Assembly: GCA_964229355.1 (NCBI GenBank)
Contig: CAXRDE010000016.1
Span: forward strand, 83,732-147,731
Origin: Candidatus Sericytochromatia bacterium
GTDB lineage: Bacteria; Cyanobacteriota; Sericytochromatia; UBA7694
Direction of reading: 5' to 3'
DNA length: 64,000 nucleotides
Both the position numbers and the translations under genes were made by a program. This document shows positions 56,128 through 64,000 of the stretch, one piece after another; positions within the stretch are counted from its first letter, which is position 1; every line of letters starts with the position of its first letter. The notes beneath the pieces are model-generated. The model saw nothing but the letters and a program-made list of their open reading frames with translations, did no database searches and was not told the DNA's origin.

Positions 56128-56132
56128 AATAA

Positions 56133-56753
56133 CTACAGTTCCTTTTTGTCTCCCTGAGGGGCTTTTGCATTGGGCGGATTGCTGCCCCGCAAGGACACCA
56201 CATAGGCTGTAATCTCCACCAGTTGTTGATCAGAAAATACAGCTTCCCAGGCGGGCATCCCTTTGGTGGTCACGCCCTTGTCAATCAGGGTTTGAATGGT
56301 AAGGGGTTTACCATCTCCATTGATCCAATAATCATCCGTTAGGTTTGGGCCAATTTGGCCTGCGCCTGCGGCGGCGTGGCAAGAAATACAACGCTCGTTG
56401 TATAAGGCGCTTCCTGCCTGAATCACTGCTGGATCATTGATCTTTTCCAGCATTTGTTCAGGTGTCAGGGTAACTGCCTGGGCCTGATTTTTTTCTGCCT
56501 GGGTTTGCTCGTAAGCCTGCAGTTCGCTAGCGTAGCGTTGCGCATGGACATCCGCAGGGTTGAGAATGTTGTGGTACGCAAAATACACCACACCCACCAC
56601 GATGGTGATATAGAAGGTGGCAAGCCACCAGCCAGGCAGGGGATTATCCAGTTCTTCAATCCCGTCATAATCGTGGTCCAACACAGGCTCATTCAGGGCC
56701 TCGTCCATCCGGCGAATATGGGGATCTTTTTCTGGGGTATGTTCTGCTTTCAT
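56133..56753 (-). CDS. ccoP: cbb3 oxidase subunit CcoP (single haem-c motif)
   Basis: FixP N-terminal signature DHDYDGIEELDNPLPGWW. One CISCH motif and GMPAW. No second CxxCH seen. Confidence 0.8.
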   Translation of the reverse strand: MKAEHTPEKDPHIRRMDEALNEPVLDHDYDGIEELDNPLPGWWLATFYITIVVGVVYFAYHNILNPADVHAQRYASELQAYEQTQAEKNQAQAVTLTPEQMLEKINDPAVIQAGSALYNERCISCHAAAGAGQIGPNLTDDYWINGDGKPLTIQTLIDKGVTTKGMPAWEAVFSDQQLVEITAYVVSLRGSNPPNAKAPQGDKKEL

Positions 56754-56917
56754 GCTTCATCCTCCTCCAGAGGAAGGTGCCCCAGGTAATCGTAGAGCAC
56801 TCCCCGGTTTTTTTGCATTACAAATAACACCATGATCGTAAAGAAGCTAAAGAAAATCATTAAACCCAAAAGCGATAAGTGGGGCATATGAAATAAACGC
56901 ATGACTTCTGACTTCAT
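56750..56917 (-). CDS. ccoQ: CcoQ/FixQ-like small membrane subunit (55 aa)
   Basis: Not in the track (<60 aa). Manual translation: MKSEVMRLFHMPHLSLLGLMIFFSFFTIMVLFVMQKNRGVLYDYLGHLPLEEDEA. ATGA overlaps at both ends (ccoNO stop, ccoP start). Confidence 0.7.
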   Translation of the reverse strand: MKSEVMRLFHMPHLSLLGLMIFFSFFTIMVLFVMQKNRGVLYDYLGHLPLEEDEA

Positions 56918-59130
56918 TCTTTTCCTCCTGCGGCCACAGCCGTGACGGCTTCCGGCACAAAATCACTACTGGGTTTGCCCAGGCGCTGTAGGTAGGCAAT
57001 CAAGGCGACCACCTCGCGTGATTCAAGCTCGGGGTCTTGAACACCCCCTTCTCTCAGGCGATCGCTAATAACTTTGGCCTGTTGCTTTGCGTGCTCTGAT
57101 GCTTTGGCGACCTCTTCATCGCTGTAGGGAACACTCAGGGTTTGCATGACGCTCAGTTTTGAGGTCAGGCTGTCAAAGTCGGTTTGATCTTTGGCCAACC
57201 AACCATAGTTGGGCATAATGGACTGAGGCACAATATCCCGAGGATTGATCATATGGCGGAAATGCCACATGTCGGGGTATTTTGATCCCACGCGGGCCAG
57301 ATCTGGCCCTGTACGTTTAGAACCCCATTGGAAAGGCCGGTCGTACTGCGATTCTGCGGCAGTGCTGGGCTTTCCGTAGCGGAGGGTCTCATCCATGGTG
57401 GGGCGAATCATCTGGGAGTGACAGGTATAGCAACCTTCACGCACAAAGATGTCTCGGCCAGCCAGTTCCAGAGAGGTATAGGGTTTATGGGCGGTGCTGC
57501 GGGGCATAAACTCTTGCATGGTTAGCGCAGGAATAATTTCAATAATTGAACCTACCAACACAGCGAGAATGGTCAGAATACTGAACACTGCGGGTAAACC
57601 TTCCAGAACGCGATGGGCATGGTGGCCCAGTTCGTTGGCGGGAATTTTGTCTACACTGGCTAAAGCATAGGCTTTATGGGTTTGCTCTTCAGGAACATGA
57701 CCCGATTTAACGGTTTTATACAGGTTGTAAATCATGATGATAAAACCTGCAATAAAGAGCAGTCCGCCAATGGCGCGTACCCAGTAAAGGGGGACAATCC
57801 GGGTGACGGTTTCAATAAAGTCGGGATAGGTCAAGGTGCCTTCGGCGTTGAGTGCTCGCCACATCAGGCCCTGGGTAATCCCTGCGGCCCACATCGAAAG
57901 CATATAGACGCCGACGCCAGAAATGCCCAGCCAAAAATGGGCGTTCGCCAGTTTGTCACTGTACAGTTTGGTATTCCAGAGCTTGGGCACCAGATAATAC
58001 AGAATGCCGAAGGTTAAGAGGCCGTTCCAACCCAGAGTGCCCCCGTGAACGTGACCGATGGTCCAGTCTGTGTAGTGGCTCAGGGAGTTGACGGCTTTAA
58101 TAGAAAGCAGAGGGCCTTCAAAGGTCGACATACCGTAGAAGGTAACGGCCGCCACCAGAAATTTAATGGTGGGATCCGTACGTAAACGGTCCCAGGCACC
58201 CCGCAAGGTGAGCAGACCGTTGATCATACCGCCCCAGCTGGGGGCCCACAGCATAATGGAGAGCACCATACCCAGGGTTTGGGCCCATTCAGGCAAGGCG
58301 GTATACAACAGGTGGTGTGGACCGGCCCAGATATAGATAAACACCAGCGCCCAGAAGTGAATGATCGACAGGCGATACGAATAAACGGGGCGTTTGGCTG
58401 CTTTGGGGATGTAGTAATACATCAAGCCCAAAAAGGGAGTGGTCAAGAAAAAGGCCACGGCGTTGTGACCGTACCACCACTGTACCATGGCATCTTGAAC
58501 CCCTGCATACACCGGGTAAGATTTCAAGAAGCTGACGGGCAGCGCCACGGAGTTTACCACGTGGAGCAATGCCACCGTAATTAAGGTGGCAATATAGAAC
58601 CAGATGGCCACATAAATGTGACGCTCTCTGCGTCGAAACAAGGTGGCAAAAAAGTTCACCGAAAAAGCAACCCAAACCACGGTAATGGCAATATCAATGG
58701 GCCACTCCAATTCAGCATACTCTTTGCTGACGGTATACCCCAGCGGTAGGGTAATGGCCGCAGCCAAAATAATGGCTTGCCACCCCCAAAAGTGAATGCG
58801 ACTTAGCGTATCTGAAAACATGCGTGTTTTTAAGAGGCGCTGTGAGGAATGGTAAATTCCCATGAAAATGGCATTTCCGGCAAAGGCGAAAATAGCGGCA
58901 TTGGTGTGCAATGGGCGTAAGCGCCCAAAGGTTAACCACGGAATATTAAAGTTAAAGGGCCAGTAGGCCAATTGGAGCGCAGCCAGTAAGCCCACCACAA
59001 AAGAGATCAGAGCCCAACCTACGGTGGCGTAGGCAAAGTAACGGACGATTTGGTCATCGTAGCGAAAACTTTCGGGTTCCGGCTTTAATGGCATGGCTGC
59101 GTTATCAAGCGAATGATCAACGGTTGACAT
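56914..59130 (-). CDS. ccoNO: Fused cbb3 oxidase subunits I+II (CcoN-CcoO)
   Basis: 738 aa. Haem-copper oxidase helices with the His ligand region (GHVHGGTLGW; HFWALVFIYIWAGPHH), followed by the CcoO-type segment with CYTCHSQMIRP. Confidence 0.9.
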   Translation of the reverse strand: MSTVDHSLDNAAMPLKPEPESFRYDDQIVRYFAYATVGWALISFVVGLLAALQLAYWPFNFNIPWLTFGRLRPLHTNAAIFAFAGNAIFMGIYHSSQRLLKTRMFSDTLSRIHFWGWQAIILAAAITLPLGYTVSKEYAELEWPIDIAITVVWVAFSVNFFATLFRRRERHIYVAIWFYIATLITVALLHVVNSVALPVSFLKSYPVYAGVQDAMVQWWYGHNAVAFFLTTPFLGLMYYYIPKAAKRPVYSYRLSIIHFWALVFIYIWAGPHHLLYTALPEWAQTLGMVLSIMLWAPSWGGMINGLLTLRGAWDRLRTDPTIKFLVAAVTFYGMSTFEGPLLSIKAVNSLSHYTDWTIGHVHGGTLGWNGLLTFGILYYLVPKLWNTKLYSDKLANAHFWLGISGVGVYMLSMWAAGITQGLMWRALNAEGTLTYPDFIETVTRIVPLYWVRAIGGLLFIAGFIIMIYNLYKTVKSGHVPEEQTHKAYALASVDKIPANELGHHAHRVLEGLPAVFSILTILAVLVGSIIEIIPALTMQEFMPRSTAHKPYTSLELAGRDIFVREGCYTCHSQMIRPTMDETLRYGKPSTAAESQYDRPFQWGSKRTGPDLARVGSKYPDMWHFRHMINPRDIVPQSIMPNYGWLAKDQTDFDSLTSKLSVMQTLSVPYSDEEVAKASEHAKQQAKVISDRLREGGVQDPELESREVVALIAYLQRLGKPSSDFVPEAVTAVAAGGKE

Positions 59131-59135
59131 GATTA

Positions 59136-59282
59136 TTACCTTTCTATTTCATCATAAAGAATGCGGTAGGCAGGGGTTTCGAGATCGTCGAACTGGCCTG
59201 CTTTACTGGCCCATAAAAAAGCCAATAAAAACGCAAAGGATACACATATCGCCAGGGGCACGAATAAAATTAAGACTTCCAT
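59136..59282 (-). CDS. ccoS: cbb3 oxidase maturation protein CcoS (48 aa)
   Basis: Not in the track. Manual translation: MEVLILFVPLAICVSFAFLLAFLWASKAGQFDDLETPAYRILYDEIER. This matches the CcoS pattern (TM helix plus GQFDDLE). Overlaps the ccoI stop by 13 nt. Confidence 0.8.
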   Translation of the reverse strand: MEVLILFVPLAICVSFAFLLAFLWASKAGQFDDLETPAYRILYDEIER

Positions 59283-61690
59283 CGGTGGTGACCTCCTACG
59301 GCGATGGCAATGACAGCAAAGGCACTGATGGGCATGAGAATAGCGGCACTGAGGGGGGTAATGTAACCCGCTACCGCCGCCATAATCGTGCTCAGGTTAT
59401 AAAGCAGTGCAAAGCCCAGGGTAATCAACAGCAATTGTCGGGTTTGTTTGGCAAGGGCCAAAACCTCTGGCAATTGCAGTACCCCCTGTTCCGCCAAATA
59501 GATATCAGATTGGCAGACATTTTCTTCGAGTCCACCCTGTACTGAAATGCCCACTTTGGCACAGGACAGGGCCTCTAAATCATTGATGCCATCGCCAATC
59601 ATAATGGCATCATGGGTTTGTAAAAATTGCGCTTTGTCTTCAGGGGTTTGACCGTAATAGACGTGTTCACGCTCAATGCCCAAATGGTTTGCCACCTGGT
59701 AACAAGCGGCTTTACTATCCCCTGATAATAAATACAGCTTGTAGCCGGTGTCTTTGAGCTGAGCAATGACGGGCTTTATGTTTGGAATCAAAGCATCGCC
59801 CAGGCGAATCTGCGCCTGTAACTCGGCCACACCGTCCACTGAGACTTTGAGCACGTGTAAATGCAACTCAGGCTGTAGTTTGGTCTGTGACAGCGTATCG
59901 GTATTGGTTTCTCCGGCATAGGCCACAGGTTGTATTTTCCACAGCTGAAACTTACCGTTGGCATCTTGAATTTCACCAGCGATGCCGCCAGCGGGCAAAA
60001 TATGGAACCCGCGAACGTCTTGCACCGCCTGAGGCTGTTGGGCCTGAATGTAACGTACCAACGAGGCGGCCACGGGATGCTGAGAGCAGGACTCTAAAGC
60101 AAGTACGGCTTTGCTCACTTCGCTGTCGAAGAAGCCGGGGCTGGTCCAGAGGACGTCAAAATTGCCCCGGGTTAAAGTCCCGGTTTTGTCAAACACTAAG
60201 GTTTTTAAAGTGGGGAGATTTTCTAAGACGTTGGGGTGCCGTACAAAGATGCCGCGGTTTAGGGCCGCCTTGAGAGACAGATGAAAAATCAGAGGTGTTG
60301 CCAATGCCAGTCCACAGGGACAGGCAATAATGCTCAGTGCCAAAAAGCGTGACAATGCCACCGTCGGCTGATCCCAAAAGTTAAAAAAGATAAGGGCTGA
60401 CATGATCACAATACCCAGCGCAAGAATTCGAGCCGCGGTTTCAGCGGTGCGAATCCAACGGGATTTTTGGGCCGAAAAATGCCGTGCAGTTTCTAAAATT
60501 TTACCCAGGCGGGTGTTTTGGCCCAGGGCAGTAATTTCAATGTCCAGAGCGTTTTGTTGGTTTTGGGTACCGCGATAAACCCAATCTCCGGGAGCCACTT
60601 TGAGAGGGTAGGGCTCCCCTGTTAACAGGGCTTGATCGACCCGAGAGTGACCCAGGATAATTTTACCGTCGGCCACAAAGGTTTGGCCGCGAAAGACCCG
60701 AATATGGTCTCCGACGTGGAGCTGATCCACGTTAACCTTTTCAATACCCGTGTCGGTTTTTTTTGCGACTTTGCTGGTGTGCCGGGTTTCAAACTGTGGA
60801 TAGCTTTGGCTCCAAATGCGCTGTTGGGTTCGCAAGAGTAAATAGCGGCTGAACAAAAGCAAAAATACAAGCATGCTGAGCGAATCAAAATACAGCTGAT
60901 GGCTCCCCCAAAAGATCTCATAAACGCTGCCCAGACTGCCGAAAAAGAGAGACAGGGCAATGGGGGTATCGGTAGAAAATGTGCGAGAGCGGAGGGCACT
61001 GAGGACGCCTTTCTGGTAAAAAGGCCACGCTGAAAAGGTTAAAACAGGCAGAGCCAGAAACAGTGAAAGCATTTCAAAATACCGAGAAAGGGTGCCTTCA
61101 ATACCGGTGTAAGCCGCCAGTGACAAAATCATCAAGTTGCCGCTACAAAAAGCAGCGACACCTATCCGCCATAACATGTGATGGCGCTCTTGCTGTGCCA
61201 GATGGATTTCCTGGCCGCTTTCGGCAATCCAGGTGGCACCATAGCCCCAAATTTGGAGTTGTTGGGTAATGGCATTCAAAGGGGTTGCTTCCTTAAAGTG
61301 CAGGGTGAGCACGTGAGAAGACATATCCATGTGGGCGCTAGAGAGGGTGGGAATAAACACAGGCAATTGCTCAATCAGCCAGAGACAGGCGGTGCAGTGT
61401 ACCCCTTGAATATAAAAGCGCTCTGTGCCCTGAACAAGGGTGCCCTCATCTTCCACAGCGTTGGGTATTTGCGGCCTGGGGAAGCGCTCGACATCTTCAC
61501 ACAGCTCATTGCGCAAAGCGTAGTAGGTGCCCAGGTTCTGATCTTGCAAAATCGTGTACACCATTTTGCAAGCTTCACAACAAAATGCTTCTTGAGAAGG
61601 CAATAAAGTATCGTGGCAATGTTTACAGGTTGCGGGTCCTGTGCGAATTACCGCTGGTGCTGTGGTTTTGTCTTTTTGCATGCGATCCAT
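59270..61690 (-). CDS. ccoI: Copper-translocating P-type ATPase CcoI/FixI
   Basis: N-terminal Cys-rich CKHCHD...CCEACK, CPC motif IIACPCGLALATP, DKTGTLT, GDGINDLEAL. Confidence 0.9.
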   Translation of the reverse strand: MDRMQKDKTTAPAVIRTGPATCKHCHDTLLPSQEAFCCEACKMVYTILQDQNLGTYYALRNELCEDVERFPRPQIPNAVEDEGTLVQGTERFYIQGVHCTACLWLIEQLPVFIPTLSSAHMDMSSHVLTLHFKEATPLNAITQQLQIWGYGATWIAESGQEIHLAQQERHHMLWRIGVAAFCSGNLMILSLAAYTGIEGTLSRYFEMLSLFLALPVLTFSAWPFYQKGVLSALRSRTFSTDTPIALSLFFGSLGSVYEIFWGSHQLYFDSLSMLVFLLLFSRYLLLRTQQRIWSQSYPQFETRHTSKVAKKTDTGIEKVNVDQLHVGDHIRVFRGQTFVADGKIILGHSRVDQALLTGEPYPLKVAPGDWVYRGTQNQQNALDIEITALGQNTRLGKILETARHFSAQKSRWIRTAETAARILALGIVIMSALIFFNFWDQPTVALSRFLALSIIACPCGLALATPLIFHLSLKAALNRGIFVRHPNVLENLPTLKTLVFDKTGTLTRGNFDVLWTSPGFFDSEVSKAVLALESCSQHPVAASLVRYIQAQQPQAVQDVRGFHILPAGGIAGEIQDANGKFQLWKIQPVAYAGETNTDTLSQTKLQPELHLHVLKVSVDGVAELQAQIRLGDALIPNIKPVIAQLKDTGYKLYLLSGDSKAACYQVANHLGIEREHVYYGQTPEDKAQFLQTHDAIMIGDGINDLEALSCAKVGISVQGGLEENVCQSDIYLAEQGVLQLPEVLALAKQTRQLLLITLGFALLYNLSTIMAAVAGYITPLSAAILMPISAFAVIAIAVGGHHRWKS

Positions 61691-61776
61691 TGCCTCCTGC
61701 TAATAGCATAGGAGAAGGCAATGGGTAAAGCATTGTTAGCACACAAGGCTTTTTTTGATTGTGAAGGGGTCTTTTA

Positions 61777-61790
61777 TTGATCTATATCAA
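61777..61790. promoter_or_regulatory. FNR/anaerobox TTGAT-N4-ATCAA upstream of ccoI
   Basis: Perfect palindrome TTGATCTATATCAA, 87-100 nt upstream of the ccoI ATG. An FNR gene is encoded at the other end of the cluster. Confidence 0.7.
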
Positions 61791-61800
61791 CTTGTGGAGG

Positions 61801-62238
61801 TTAATCCGAAAAGAGGCTGAGCAGGCCTTCTGGAACCAGGTGTTTATCGCCCTGAGTAAAAGACTTCAGAGGAACCCACAGTACCTTGAAGGGGGTACCA
61901 TTGTCTTCATGGGCCGTAAACTGTTCTTGCTGGTACAAATCGTCATCGCGCAAGTCAGCACGATACACCCTGACCATTTCATGGCAGACTTTACCTTTAT
62001 AAATAAAAATATTTTCTAAGGTATCGATGTATTGGGGGGTGGTGAGGTGGTGTTCTGTTTCTTCAAAAAACTCTCGCTGTACCGCATCACTGCCGGTTTC
62101 TCCCAGTTCAATACCGCCACCCAGTGGGCGATAAAACCGGGTGTTTGCCACAGGATCATGGCCTTCAGCCACAAGCCAGCGTTGATGCTGCTGCACCACA
62201 CAAATGGCGATACAGCGAATCCGAGAACGATCTGCCAT
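61801..62238 (-). CDS. NUDIX hydrolase
   Basis: Nudix box GGGIELGETGSDAVQREFFEETE. Confidence 0.85.
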   Translation of the reverse strand: MADRSRIRCIAICVVQQHQRWLVAEGHDPVANTRFYRPLGGGIELGETGSDAVQREFFEETEHHLTTPQYIDTLENIFIYKGKVCHEMVRVYRADLRDDDLYQQEQFTAHEDNGTPFKVLWVPLKSFTQGDKHLVPEGLLSLFSD

Positions 62239-62262
62239 GAAAACTCCTTTGAGTGCCCAAAC

Positions 62263-62288
62263 AAAAAGCCTGCAGACGCAGGCTTTTT
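62263..62288. terminator. Bidirectional Rho-independent terminator after the 213-aa gene
   Basis: AAAAAGCCTGC agac GCAGGCTTTTT. On the minus strand the stem is followed by TTTTTGTTT, 20 nt after the stop at 62308. Confidence 0.75.
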
Positions 62289-62307
62289 AGATTAAAAATA
62301 GATAAAA

Positions 62308-62949
62308 CTAGCGGATAACGTCAAGGGCGTTTTGCAGGTTACCTACCACAACGCTCAAGACTTTGGTCATGCCTTCCATGGCGTTGGAATAGTCGGCAAT
62401 ACGACTGTTAATGGCCGCCAGCGCAAGGCCGGTAACCCCGTCGTATTTGGTGGCACCTACCAGGACACCTGAAAAGGCTGCATTTGAAGGATCACGGTCA
62501 AGAACGTCACGAATAAGGTTGGTAGAAGCATCCCAATAGGCGTTCCGGTAAATTTCACCGGTAATAGGGTTCACTGCGAAGCTATTGTTGACGTCGCTAA
62601 GTGGGCCTGCAGCGGTAAGGGGATCATCGTTGATTGAAATTACCGAAGTGCCGATGCCCCCGGGGTTTGCACCGGTTAGGCTTTCTTTACTGACCTTGTA
62701 CTCCTGGTCAAAGTTGTCTTTGAGCCACAGTTCAAAGATAGGCAGAGAGCCTTCTTTGTCGTAACGTACTTTCATAAACGTGGGGTATTTAAAGGGGACC
62801 TCTTGATCGTCTTCGATCTCCAGAACCTGGGCAGTGTCATCTTTGTCTCGGGGGCTGGGCAGCACCAATGCCTTCGATAAACGTGCCTGTTCAGCACGGA
62901 TGGGACGGTAGTCAAAACTTGCGGTGCCAAAAGCGACGGGTACAACCAT
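62308..62949 (-). CDS. Hypothetical 213-aa protein with C-terminal ...LQNALDVIR helix
   Basis: SD AAGGAG upstream of the ATG. No signal peptide and no family recognised. Its C-terminal helix resembles that of the upstream gene product. Confidence 0.65.
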   Translation of the reverse strand: MVVPVAFGTASFDYRPIRAEQARLSKALVLPSPRDKDDTAQVLEIEDDQEVPFKYPTFMKVRYDKEGSLPIFELWLKDNFDQEYKVSKESLTGANPGGIGTSVISINDDPLTAAGPLSDVNNSFAVNPITGEIYRNAYWDASTNLIRDVLDRDPSNAAFSGVLVGATKYDGVTGLALAAINSRIADYSNAMEGMTKVLSVVVGNLQNALDVIR

Positions 62950-62962
62950 GGGTATATTCTCC

Positions 62963-64000
62963 TTAGCGAATTACAGATAAAATGCTTTTAAATTGATTGG
63001 TATCGGTGCCAGCGATGATGGTGGTGAGAGAGGCCAGGACACCCTGCGCTTTTTGCAGTTCGTCATTGGTGTCCTCGATGGCCACTTGATCCTGGAGCCT
63101 GTACTCAATTTTGCCCACAATACCGAGGACGCTGCGTTTGGACGCGGACCAATCCAGGGTATTAATCGACTGAAATGAGTTGGTGGTCGACAAATCGACG
63201 CCGTTAAACATGCCTTCTACGCGAATACCTGCAGAGGTGGCTGAGTCTGTTTGCGTTGCGCGGATCACAAGATGGTTATTGCCTTCTTTGACAAAGCGCT
63301 GGATATAAATGTCGGGGTCAATACTTTCGTTGGCTTTGAGCTGATCGTTTTGGTGATTGGGGTCAAAGAACGGGATGGTAATGACGCCTCCGGTATTGCT
63401 AATGGCCAATTTAGCACCATTGAGCTCTACCTCATAGGTCACACCCGGAGGCGAAGAAATCCGAATATTTGTGTATTCTCCGTCGGGGGCGGGTAAGTTA
63501 AAAGCCGTGGATATGTTAGGTGCTGCGTTGCTGGCCACAGGGTCTATGGGGTTACCCAGTTCTTCTGCACCTGTGGGGGGACCACCCGGAGCTACCGCTG
63601 AGGGCGGTGTGGTACGCACAGGAACCATCTTGCCAAAATAGTAGGGGGTATTTAAGGCATTTTCGGGATGCCATACATAATCGTTTACACCGCCGTTGGG
63701 CAGCGCACCCCCGGGCGCTGGTCCAGCCACGTTGTTGCCATTGCGGGGACGATATCTCACCAAACCATAAACCCGGTCGACCTGGTAGCGATTTTCATCG
63801 ACCAAATAGGAGCTGTACCGGTCGGTCACACGGTAGGATTCGTTTAAGAAGGGATTGACGTACTCTCGCCCTTTGATGAGGAGGTGAGAGCCGATACCCG
63901 GCGGGGCAGATAGCGGCTGGTTTAGGTTGAGGGTGTTGCCCGTAATGGAATCAATGGTGCGAACCTCGCCGTTCACTTCGATTTCCATTCCGGCGATAAA
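62963..64000 (-). CDS. Hypothetical protein, 5' end probably outside the window; C-terminal ...FKSILSVIR helix
   Basis: The reading frame stays open from 63988 to base 64000 (FIAG before the first in-window Met). P/G/N-rich, beta-rich middle (GVTYEVELNGAKLAISNTGGVITIPF). Confidence 0.6.
   Translation of the reverse strand, partial: FIAGMEIEVNGEVRTIDSITGNTLNLNQPLSAPPGIGSHLLIKGREYVNPFLNESYRVTDRYSSYLVDENRYQVDRVYGLVRYRPRNGNNVAGPAPGGALPNGGVNDYVWHPENALNTPYYFGKMVPVRTTPPSAVAPGGPPTGAEELGNPIDPVASNAAPNISTAFNLPAPDGEYTNIRISSPPGVTYEVELNGAKLAISNTGGVITIPFFDPNHQNDQLKANESIDPDIYIQRFVKEGNNHLVIRATQTDSATSAGIRVEGMFNGVDLSTTNSFQSINTLDWSASKRSVLGIVGKIEYRLQDQVAIEDTNDELQKAQGVLASLTTIIAGTDTNQFKSILSVIR

Noticed and set aside
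59129-59545. Plus-strand 138-aa ORF spanning the ccoNO/ccoI junction, and likewise 56454..56789 (+).
   Set aside because: They overlap strongly supported minus-strand genes (ccoS, ccoI, ccoP, ccoQ) and have no motifs. The minus-strand small ORFs give textbook CcoS and FixQ-like peptides.

Overview
Bacterial chromosomal window with tight gene packing and mostly minus-strand genes. Gene content is Gram-negative in type: lipoproteins, HtrA, MglA/MglB and a cbb3 oxidase. I found no rRNA, tRNA, transposase, integrase or CRISPR array, and I cannot assign a taxon from sequence alone.

**Housekeeping and recognisable genes**
- metK, rluD-like, ybeY, bolA-like, htrA/degP, a CorC/CNNM transporter, an IspB-like polyprenyl synthase and a FadD-like acyl-CoA ligase.
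- MOSC, 2OG oxygenase, NUDIX, a Sfp-type PPTase, an APH-like kinase and an EF-hand protein.
- A complete FNR-linked cbb3 oxidase cluster: ccoI-ccoS-ccoNO(fused)-ccoQ-ccoP-ccoG-DsbD_2-fnr. ccoS and ccoQ are small ORFs missing from the supplied track. A perfect TTGAT-N4-ATCAA box lies upstream.

**Parts that stand out**
1. Bases 1-17646 hold a regulator-linked operon of giant proteins without signal peptides or cysteines (389, 2114 and 1348 aa), plus a small acidic protein and a coiled-coil protein. The 389-aa and 2114-aa products share N- and C-terminal modules around a variable core. This is my best candidate for an undescribed secreted, translocator or surface system.
2. Bases 49674-50813 encode an orphan soluble FlhA/SctV C-terminal (FHIPEP ring) domain fused to an excisionase-type HTH. 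It sits behind an AT-rich region carrying GTCGT direct repeats.
3. Bases 37458-45524 form a translationally coupled operon joining a divergent PrkA kinase/AAA protein to a Memo-like protein, a P-loop ATPase, a TPR protein and small or coiled-coil proteins. The canonical YeaH/SpoVR partners are absent.
4. Bases 28277-31167 form an mglA-mglB-PATAN operon headed by a Dam-like protein with a degenerate catalytic motif.
5. Bases 45514-49345 place GT41 and GT4 glycosyltransferases next to a lipoprotein with an (SGSSG)8 repeat.
6. Bases 62308-64000 hold two unknown genes with a shared C-terminal ...V-I-R helix, at the end of an operon that runs off the window.

All functional calls rest on motifs I recognise by eye. 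No database search was run.
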